Source: Minisyncoccota bacterium (GTDB taxonomy: Bacteria > Patescibacteriota > Minisyncoccia > Phycocordibacterales > UBA9973). From it: 64,000 nt of DNA. Below are positions 57,180-64,000 of the stretch, piece after piece (positions within the stretch are counted from its first letter, which is position 1; each line of letters starts with the position of its first letter). The notes under the pieces were generated by a model, which made no database searches, was not told the origin of the DNA, and saw only the letters and a list, made by a program, of their open reading frames with translations. The stretch covers positions 8,569 to 72,568 of the forward strand of contig JAVHNX010000051.1 in assembly GCA_036169735.1 (NCBI GenBank). The letters are read 5' to 3'. The translations under genes and the position numbers were made by a program.

Positions 57180-58628
57180 TTAACCTTGTAATTTTGTATT
57201 AATGTTTTTTGTTTGTTGTGTTTGGGCTATACTTTTGTTTTCAACTTTTCCTGTTTTAGGGTTTACTGCATATTGATGAACCAGTGTTTGTTTTCCAATC
57301 TTTCCTGTTTGTGGGTTTAAGGACAAATTCGGGTCATCTGTGGTTATAAACAATGTAGTATTTTCTGGAAGATTATCGAGATACTTGAAGTTTTCTTTGT
57401 CTGCGTTAACACACCCGAAGGTTGCTTTGTTATCATCAGAAGTAGGAGTATTGAGTGCTTTTGTTCTTTTTGCATATTCTCCAGGGTAAGTCATGTGGAT
57501 ACCTAAATCATCACTTCCATAGATACTAAATATTTTTCCTTGGTATTCTACATAGTCACTTCTGTTTATTTCTTTACGTCCTATTTTGTATTTACCGGCT
57601 GGTGTCGTTGCGTGTGGTCCAGCTAAATCACTATCTACATCAGATCTGTTTGGCGCTTCTCCTTTTGTTTTTCCGACGAGTACAGGGAATGAACCAATTA
57701 AATTTTTGTCTTTTCCAATTACGTACATAGTTGCTGTTGGTTTATCAAGAATAAGAAAACTTGAGTCAACTATATTTTTGAAAGAGTAAAGATAAATTTC
57801 TTGAGCACTTGGTGAAAGTTTGTAATAAAATGATGCGTCAATAGTCTTTTTATCTTGTTCTAAAGCCACCTTTGCTACTTTTTCATGGCTGATTGTTGTT
57901 ACCTTTCCATTTACATTTTCTGGCAATACAGTCTTTCCTTCTTTGCCTAGAGCTGAAGGCCAAAGAACAAGTATTCCCGTGCCCAACAAAACCCCTCGTC
58001 TCATTTTTAGAGAGATGGCTTTCATTTTTTCTGAAACTTTGAATCCTGATGCAAGTTTTACTACTTGGTTGCGCAAAAATAAACCAAGGTTAGTTTTTAC
58101 TTGTTCTGGTTCGAACTTTTCTAGAGTTGATGTTTTTATTTCTTCTTGAACAGTCTTTATTTCTTCTTTTGAAAGACTTTCTACCAATTTTTCTTCTTGT
58201 TTTTGTTCGACAACTTCCTGTGTTTCAAGTATTTCTGTTGATTTTATTACTTCTGTTTCGGTAGTTATTTTTTCTGTCTCTTTTGGTATTTCCTCTTTAG
58301 TAAGTAATACTTCTTCTTTTTCAATATTAATAACTTCATCTGGGGCTACCTGCTCACCTACAGCTTCAGTCTTTATTTCTGTAGATTGTTCTATTACTTC
58401 TTGAACTGTTTCTTTTCTAGAAAGTGAATTTTCTTTTTCTTGAATTAAACCCAGAAGGTTTTGAGCTCTATTCCTTAAATATTCGGATTCTGATTTTAAG
58501 TCTTCTGTAAATAATTTTTTCCAATGGTCTATATTGGCTTTTGATGGATCAGAAAAAATCTTTTCGATTCTTTTTGTTTCAAAAGTTTCTTTTTTATTAT
58601 CTATTGTATTTTCTTTTGATTTTTCCAT
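57180..58628 (-). CDS. Hypothetical protein with possible C-terminal L,D-transpeptidase (YkuD)-like domain
   Basis: C-terminal ...GIHMTYPGE...ATFGCVNA loosely fits the His...(S/T)xGC(V/I) catalytic pattern. N-terminal K/E-rich region with one TM. Confidence 0.35.
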   Translation of the reverse strand: MEKSKENTIDNKKETFETKRIEKIFSDPSKANIDHWKKLFTEDLKSESEYLRNRAQNLLGLIQEKENSLSRKETVQEVIEQSTEIKTEAVGEQVAPDEVINIEKEEVLLTKEEIPKETEKITTETEVIKSTEILETQEVVEQKQEEKLVESLSKEEIKTVQEEIKTSTLEKFEPEQVKTNLGLFLRNQVVKLASGFKVSEKMKAISLKMRRGVLLGTGILVLWPSALGKEGKTVLPENVNGKVTTISHEKVAKVALEQDKKTIDASFYYKLSPSAQEIYLYSFKNIVDSSFLILDKPTATMYVIGKDKNLIGSFPVLVGKTKGEAPNRSDVDSDLAGPHATTPAGKYKIGRKEINRSDYVEYQGKIFSIYGSDDLGIHMTYPGEYAKRTKALNTPTSDDNKATFGCVNADKENFKYLDNLPENTTLFITTDDPNLSLNPQTGKIGKQTLVHQYAVNPKTGKVENKSIAQTQQTKNINTKLQG

Positions 58629-58805
58629 TTTATTTATTTCTACAAAATGTTTTCAACAAATTTATTTTTTTTATTGTAATTTGATTATACCAATTAAATC
58701 TCTATTTGTTGTATATTATACCTAAAGTATATCATACTTTGACCAAATAGTCAAGCTAAATGTGTCCACAATATCCTATGATTTATTGCTATTTTCGGTC
58801 TGAAA

Positions 58806-58832
58806 AATAAAAAAACCGCCTTTTTGGGGCGG
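58806..58832. terminator. Hairpin terminator
   Basis: AAAAAACCGCCTTTTTGGGGCGGTTTGG. Confidence 0.55.
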
Positions 58833-58854
58833 TTTGGATTTTAAGTGAAATTCT

Positions 58855-59358
58855 TTATTTTCTTTTGCACTTATGTGATTTTTTTTCAGGGGCAGGTGCA
58901 GCCGCGGTTGGTTCTGTGTGCGTTGGGCTGGGAGCCTGGGTTTGTGTTTCCTTCTCTTCTGTTTTTGATCCATATTTTGATGCATACAATTGTTTAGCCA
59001 TCGAATCGGCTTCTACTTTGTTTGCATTAGCTATGGCTTGCAGGCGCAGATTTTCTGCATTTTTTTCAGAAAGTTGTTTTTGAAGTTCCGCAATTTTTGG
59101 ATCTTCTTTTTTTTCAGCAACTATAGGAACTACAGGTGCTGAACTTTCTGTTTTTTTAACTTCAGCAGTAGCTACCGGTTTTTTTGCAGCAGTTTTAGTG
59201 TTAGTCGATTTTTTTGCTGTTGCGTCACTTTTTGTGAGATTTTGTATTTTCTCTTTTAAAGTTGGTTTTTTTTCAGGTGCTTTTTGTGCATTACACATTG
59301 TGCTCGATCCAAAAAGGAGAGCAATTGCCATAAAGGCAGAAAAAAATGATTTTTTCAT
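58855..59358 (-). CDS. Secreted K/A-rich hypothetical protein
   Basis: Signal peptide MKKSFFSAFMAIALLFGSSTMCNAQ. Low-complexity mature region. Confidence 0.5.
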   Translation of the reverse strand: MKKSFFSAFMAIALLFGSSTMCNAQKAPEKKPTLKEKIQNLTKSDATAKKSTNTKTAAKKPVATAEVKKTESSAPVVPIVAEKKEDPKIAELQKQLSEKNAENLRLQAIANANKVEADSMAKQLYASKYGSKTEEKETQTQAPSPTHTEPTAAAPAPEKKSHKCKRK

Positions 59359-59562
59359 TTGAACGGTTTTTTATGTTAGTTGATTATTTATAGAAACTCC
59401 TTACCTATTATGGTTTTGGGGCTTCATTTAAATAACCAATAACCTTTTTTAAAGATCTATAGTACTACATCAAGTATAACATATTATTGAGTAATTTGTC
59501 AAGCACTAACATAAAACACCCTATATATTAGGGTGTTTTATGTTTTTCTGTATTTTTATAGA

Positions 59563-61887
59563 CTATCTTGTTTTTGTTGGTGCAAATTCACTTTCTTCGT
59601 ACATTTTTTTCAATAAATCCTTTTTCTTATCCAGGTTCCCTGTTTTAATAGCTTCCACAATCTCTGGGTTTTCTGGTTTATTCTTTATGTCTGTAAAGAA
59701 CTTTTCAAAATTATCTAACTCATCTATGTTTTGATTTGGCATCCCTTTCATAAGCGCCGCTATTTTGTCTTCTAAATCTTTTATTTTCTTTTCTGTTTCA
59801 GACATCTCCTGTTTTGGTAGTTCTTCTATCTCTTCTTTTTTTATTGGTTCGTTTGTTTTTGATTCTTCCTTTGTTTGTATTTCGAGTTCCTTTTCTTTCG
59901 TGTTTTTAGAGGAAGAGTAAGGTTCTTTTGCTTCCACTGAAGCATCAGGGTTTTTTATGATATCCAAAAATTGTTTCTCGGTTAGATTTTTTATTTTTCC
60001 AAAAACCATCACACCTCTTATTTCTGATGCACAACCAGGATCAACTTCATTTAATTTTTCAATAACCTTACCTAGATTGGGATGTTTTGAATTTATGAAA
60101 AATGTTTTATTGCTCTTGTTTTTGCTCCAACTTACAAAAGTATCATAACCAAGAGCTTTGGTTCCAATAAAAGCTCGGTTGTTTGGAATTTGGTTTGGTT
60201 TATAGCTATTTCCATCTTTTTCTTTTATTGGTCGGAAGTCATGATATACAACTTTTCCTAAAGAAGTATTTTCTATCTTTTTTGCATTTTTAATACCGGT
60301 AATTGTCTGTTCCACATCTTCTGTTCGTGATTTTTTACATAATTCTGCAATACTAAATTCCCCTACTTTGGTTTTTCCAAGTTCACCCTCCAATTCTTCT
60401 TGAGTAAATGGAACAGAAGGATCTTTTATCTTTCCAGATTTTATCAATTCAAGTAAGGTATTGTAAGGGATTTTCTCAGCCATAGAGTAAAGAGAATCAG
60501 GCCATTTATTTCTGAAATAGTTCTCGTTAAAAGTTCTTGGTTTTTTTGCATCTTCATTTTCTAGGTAAGATAAATTATCAAAATCATTAACGAAATTAAC
60601 AAATTTATTTAACCATTCTGGTTTTTCTTTCAATAAGCCTGCTTTTTCCAATATTCGATACATCATCTTTGTTCCTGAGGTTGGTTTCCTTTGTCCTGTT
60701 CCATGATGATCAATACGAAGTGTGGTTGTCTTTCCATCTTCTTCGAGCTTCAACCAGCTACCTCCAGTATCAAGAAAAACTCTGACGCCTTCTACTTTTT
60801 CTTTTGGTTCCATTTCTCCTTTTCGAATATCAACTATTGTAGATTTGGCACCTTCATTATAAATTTCTTCAGGTTTATTTTTATTGAAATCATTTAAAAG
60901 CAATAAAGAGGTTTGTGAATCTAGGTCTTGATTAAAAGTTGCTATAGGGTCGCCTATTTTTCCACCAAGAAGTTTAGCTTGTTTTTCATTTTTAATTCTT
61001 TTGTTTCCAGCACTAACAATGACTTCACTGATCTTGTTGTTTTTTAGTATCTCAACAATTCTCTCTTCTGTCTCTTCTTCGGTTTCTATTTTACTTTCTG
61101 GTTTTAAATCGACTGAATTTTCTATAACAATAGGAGTCTCCTCTTTGTTGTTGTCCATAAGTGGCTCATTTGTTGCAGTTTCAACCTCAACCTTGTCTTC
61201 TCCCTTGGTTATTATTGTTTTTTTTGAATTTTCTTTCTCAAATTTATTTAATGCTTCCTGTCTTTTGTCTGATGCTGTGAATAAGATACCGTCTTTTTTA
61301 AAGTATTGCTCAAATTGAGCTCGAGTCAGCTCTAAAGGCTTCTCGTTTTTGTCGTTCGCATTTTTTTTAGATTGAATTAAAAGAATATTGTCTTTGGCAG
61401 TAGTTCTGGTTCCGACAATCATATAACTACCACTACGCACTTTTTCTTTATTATGGCCTACTGTTCCTCTTAATGTGAATTTACTTCCAATACCGATTTT
61501 CTTCTTTTCACCATCTTTTAAAGTAAGCTCTAATAGCTCTTTTCTGGGTATTCCTTTTTCCTCATCTGGTCTTTTTGTATATTCTCCAAAAAAAGCTCGT
61601 ACTACCTTGTCTACGGATCCTTTTTGAGGATTTATATTCCCTATTTTGTCTTCATTTTGTTTTGGTTTTATACCCCCTTTCTCTTTTCTTTCTTTAAAAG
61701 AGATTTCCTGTGCCTTTGTTCGACTTATTCTTTCTTTGATTGCTTCGGGTGTTGTCTCAACAGTAATTTTTATAGATGTATCTTCTTCTGCATCTTCTTC
61801 ATTTTGTTGTAGCATTGGTTGACTGTATTGAGGTACAGCCCCTTCTTTCTTGTATACTTTTTTAGATTGTTTATTATTTTCTAACAT
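59563..61887 (-). CDS. Large hypothetical protein (774 aa) with a weak DHH-like motif
   Basis: K/E-rich. The segment VFLDTGGSW...LRIDHHGTG resembles DHH phosphoesterase motifs II and III, but motif I is not evident. Confidence 0.4.
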   Translation of the reverse strand: MLENNKQSKKVYKKEGAVPQYSQPMLQQNEEDAEEDTSIKITVETTPEAIKERISRTKAQEISFKERKEKGGIKPKQNEDKIGNINPQKGSVDKVVRAFFGEYTKRPDEEKGIPRKELLELTLKDGEKKKIGIGSKFTLRGTVGHNKEKVRSGSYMIVGTRTTAKDNILLIQSKKNANDKNEKPLELTRAQFEQYFKKDGILFTASDKRQEALNKFEKENSKKTIITKGEDKVEVETATNEPLMDNNKEETPIVIENSVDLKPESKIETEEETEERIVEILKNNKISEVIVSAGNKRIKNEKQAKLLGGKIGDPIATFNQDLDSQTSLLLLNDFNKNKPEEIYNEGAKSTIVDIRKGEMEPKEKVEGVRVFLDTGGSWLKLEEDGKTTTLRIDHHGTGQRKPTSGTKMMYRILEKAGLLKEKPEWLNKFVNFVNDFDNLSYLENEDAKKPRTFNENYFRNKWPDSLYSMAEKIPYNTLLELIKSGKIKDPSVPFTQEELEGELGKTKVGEFSIAELCKKSRTEDVEQTITGIKNAKKIENTSLGKVVYHDFRPIKEKDGNSYKPNQIPNNRAFIGTKALGYDTFVSWSKNKSNKTFFINSKHPNLGKVIEKLNEVDPGCASEIRGVMVFGKIKNLTEKQFLDIIKNPDASVEAKEPYSSSKNTKEKELEIQTKEESKTNEPIKKEEIEELPKQEMSETEKKIKDLEDKIAALMKGMPNQNIDELDNFEKFFTDIKNKPENPEIVEAIKTGNLDKKKDLLKKMYEESEFAPTKTR

Positions 61888-61974
61888 AATTTTATTATAA
61901 AGTCTTTGCTCTTTTTTAACTAATTTTGATAAAAAATTGCTCTTTAACTCCCTAAATTGTATGTATTTTTGAGT

Positions 61975-62125
61975 ATTTTGTCAATAGGAGTTTTCCACAA
62001 ATGGGTTGACTTTTGACCCCCATCACGCTACCATTTAGGTATAGCTCTGAATAGAAGCGGGAAATAAATTGACCGAACCCAGATAAAAGACAGTAACCAT
62101 CGTGAGAACCTTTGTTTGCAGTACT
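61975..62125 (+). ncRNA. Candidate cyclic-di-AMP (ydaO-type) riboswitch upstream of the LysM-M23 peptidase gene
   Basis: The 3' half CCGAACCCAGAUAAAAGACAGUAACCAUCGUGAGAACC resembles the conserved ydaO segment (C)CGAACCC...UAACC.UCG...UGAG. Upstream are GGGUUGAC...GACCCCCA and AGAAGCGGGAAAU. Context (cell-wall hydrolase gene) is typical. Recalled consensus only; not computed. Confidence 0.4.
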
Positions 62126-62232
62126 ATTGGTCGTCCTGTAATTTCTACCCTTACTTTAAAAGGCTAGAAAAGAAATTCTTGCGGTAATTAGTTTATCTCA
62201 TAAAACCTCAAATAAAAATCTATAGCCTGTTT

Positions 62233-63327
62233 TTGGCGTTTTCCCTTGTGTTTGGGGCCTTTTCTGTGCCAGTCCAAGCGCAAGCGGGTTTTTTGTCTGC
62301 AATCTTTGGGACCAATGCTTCAGCTGAAGATAATGCTCCGGATCCTGCTAAAATAAATAATTCTCAAAATATGGTCCTCCTGCAAGCCAATGCTTCCTCT
62401 GCTTTAGATTTTCATGTCAAAACAAGTAAGGATGATGAAATAAAAGACAACGCCAATGTTAACATTCTTTCTGATAGTGCTCTTGTTCCTTCAACAGGGT
62501 TAATGGGTGTTTCTGACGGTACTGATTCTGCTGACATTTCTTCTGAGGATACAAGTGTTTATGTTGTTAGAAAAGGAGATACTGTAGCAGCTGTAGCGAA
62601 AATGTTTGATGTTTCAATAAATACTATTCTTTGGGCGAATGATATGAAAAAGGGTGAAAAGCTTGTGGAGGGTGATATTCTTTTGATTTTACCAATAGAT
62701 GGAGTTAATCATGTTGTTGTTAAAGGAGATACTTTAAAAAAGATTGCTAAAAAATATAATGCAGATGTGTCAGATATTATTGCTGTGAATGATGTAACTT
62801 TAGACTCAGATATAATTATTGGACAAGAACTTATCATTCCTGATGCTCAAATGAATGATGAAGGTGGTGATAAACCAGTCTCAAATATAGAAGTAACTAC
62901 AAAGAAAGACCAGGATTATTATATTAAAAACCCTATAAAGAATGCTTCTGGATATTATATAAACCCAGTACCAACAGGTCATAAAACTCAGGGAATTCAT
63001 GACAAAGGTAGAGCTATTGATATAGGAGCATCAACAGGCACACCTATTTACGCTGCAGCTTCCGGTACTGTTATCTTTGCAAAAGCAGGTACAAAAAGTA
63101 GATATTCAAATGGAGGTTTTGGAGGTTTAGTTATTTTAAAACACGCAAACGGAACAGAAACTTATTATGCGCACCAGTCAAAAATTGGAACTTCTGTAGG
63201 ACAAAATATTATACAAGGACAAGTAATTGGTTATGTCGGTTCAACCGGTCATTCTACTGGTCCACACCTTCACTTCGAGGTTCGTGGTGCAAGAAACCCT
63301 GGAGCTGACTGGTCTTGGAAAAAGTAA
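62233..63327 (+). CDS. LysM-domain M23-family peptidoglycan peptidase
   Basis: Two LysM repeats (YVVRKGDTVAAVAKMF..., HVVVKGDTLKKIAKKY...). M23 motifs HKTQGIHDKGRAIDIG and GSTGHSTGPHLHFEV. Confidence 0.85.
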   Translation: MAFSLVFGAFSVPVQAQAGFLSAIFGTNASAEDNAPDPAKINNSQNMVLLQANASSALDFHVKTSKDDEIKDNANVNILSDSALVPSTGLMGVSDGTDSADISSEDTSVYVVRKGDTVAAVAKMFDVSINTILWANDMKKGEKLVEGDILLILPIDGVNHVVVKGDTLKKIAKKYNADVSDIIAVNDVTLDSDIIIGQELIIPDAQMNDEGGDKPVSNIEVTTKKDQDYYIKNPIKNASGYYINPVPTGHKTQGIHDKGRAIDIGASTGTPIYAAASGTVIFAKAGTKSRYSNGGFGGLVILKHANGTETYYAHQSKIGTSVGQNIIQGQVIGYVGSTGHSTGPHLHFEVRGARNPGADWSWKK

Positions 63328-63345
63328 ATTTAAATAAAAGAAAAA

Positions 63346-63369
63346 GCCCCCGACCTAGGTCGGGGGCTT
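63346..63369. terminator. Bidirectional hairpin terminator
   Basis: AGCCCCCGACCTAGGTCGGGGGCT flanked by A/T runs. Confidence 0.7.
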
Positions 63370-63382
63370 TTTCTTTTATTGT

Positions 63383-64000
63383 TTATAAAAACAAAGTAAC
63401 AATAGCAGCAATTCCTGAAACAGCCATAAGTCCAACAGTCATCCATCCTATTGCTGATGCAGTTTTATTGTTTTTGTAATGACCCATTATTTCTTTGTTA
63501 TTACTAATCCTTATGATGAAAAACAAAATAAATGGTGCGATAACTCCATTGGCTACAGCTGAGTAAATAAGAGTTTTGATGGGATCTAGACCGATGAAAT
63601 TTAATCCAATTCCAATTATTACTGATACTATTATGACGCCGTAAAAAGAATAAGCTTCCTTTAGTTTGCGATATAAACCATGTTTCCATCCGAAACTTTC
63701 AGAAATAGCATAAGAAGTAGAGCCAGCAAGTACTGGTATCGAGAGCATTCCTGTTCCTATAATACCGATAGCGAAAAGGAAGAAAGCAAAATCCCCTGCT
63801 AGCGGGCGTAGTGCTAGTGCAGCATCAGCCGCTGAGGTTATGTTTGTTATTCCGTTTGAGAATAATGTACTTGCACAAGCTGCTATTATAAAAAACATAA
63901 CTAGGTTTGAAAAAAACATTCCACTCCAAACATCTGAACGGATATGTCGGATTTCTTTTTTGAAAACAGGTTGATGCCAATTAGCTTCATTCTCTCTTCC
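63383..64000 (-). CDS. mntH: Nramp-family divalent metal transporter (MntH-like); 5'-partial, continues beyond the window end
   Basis: C-terminal Nramp segments ALALRPLAGDFAFFLFAIGIIGTGMLSIPVLAGSTSY. The frame stays open on the minus strand past nt 63919 to the window end. Confidence 0.7.
   Translation of the reverse strand, partial: GRENEANWHQPVFKKEIRHIRSDVWSGMFFSNLVMFFIIAACASTLFSNGITNITSAADAALALRPLAGDFAFFLFAIGIIGTGMLSIPVLAGSTSYAISESFGWKHGLYRKLKEAYSFYGVIIVSVIIGIGLNFIGLDPIKTLIYSAVANGVIAPFILFFIIRISNNKEIMGHYKNNKTASAIGWMTVGLMAVSGIAAIVTLFL

Overview
This is a 64 kb window from an AT-rich, gene-dense bacterial chromosome. The gene content and small protein sizes suggest a Patescibacteria/CPR-like organism, but this is an inference. 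The window spans the replication origin region: dnaN and dnaA on the minus strand, rpmH-rnpA-yidD-yidC-jag on the plus strand, and an AT-rich intergenic region with a DnaA box between them. The rest is mostly housekeeping: class II RNR (partial) with a PduO-type adenosyltransferase, RluB-like pseudouridine synthase, an ABC-F ATPase, a cold-shock protein, rpsT, ruvA, a separate ruvB-yebC-ruvC cluster, fpg, a TrmH-like methylase, holA-like, polA, tsaE, pilB, tyrS, class A PBP, ksgA, pcrA/uvrD, a LysM-M23 peptidase, an Nramp transporter (partial), and two tRNAs (Arg, Lys).

Three things stand out.
1. At least three families of short GC-rich palindromic elements are scattered through the window, about 11 copies in all. 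Several sit in-frame inside conserved genes (ABC-F, tsaE, ksgA twice, pcrA, jag) and add 7-27 residues, much like Rickettsia RPEs. One 49-bp copy breaks the fpg reading frame.
2. An IS200/IS605-type Y1 (HUH) transposase of the REP-associated (RAYT) kind is flanked by inverted REP-like hairpins.
3. A 12-gene, roughly 16 kb minus-strand operon (34164-50098) encodes a type IV secretion-like apparatus: VirB4 ATPase, a PrgI/VirB3-like protein, a VirB6-like polytopic membrane protein, a VirB2-like pilin domain fused to an M15 peptidase, and many secreted proteins. A class II Fic protein lies immediately upstream.

Other candidates: a c-di-AMP (ydaO-like) riboswitch upstream of the LysM-M23 peptidase, a roughly 140-nt structured RNA between pilB and ruvB, tandem hairpin repeats in the tyrS/PBP divergent region, and a frameshift in the class A PBP gene.
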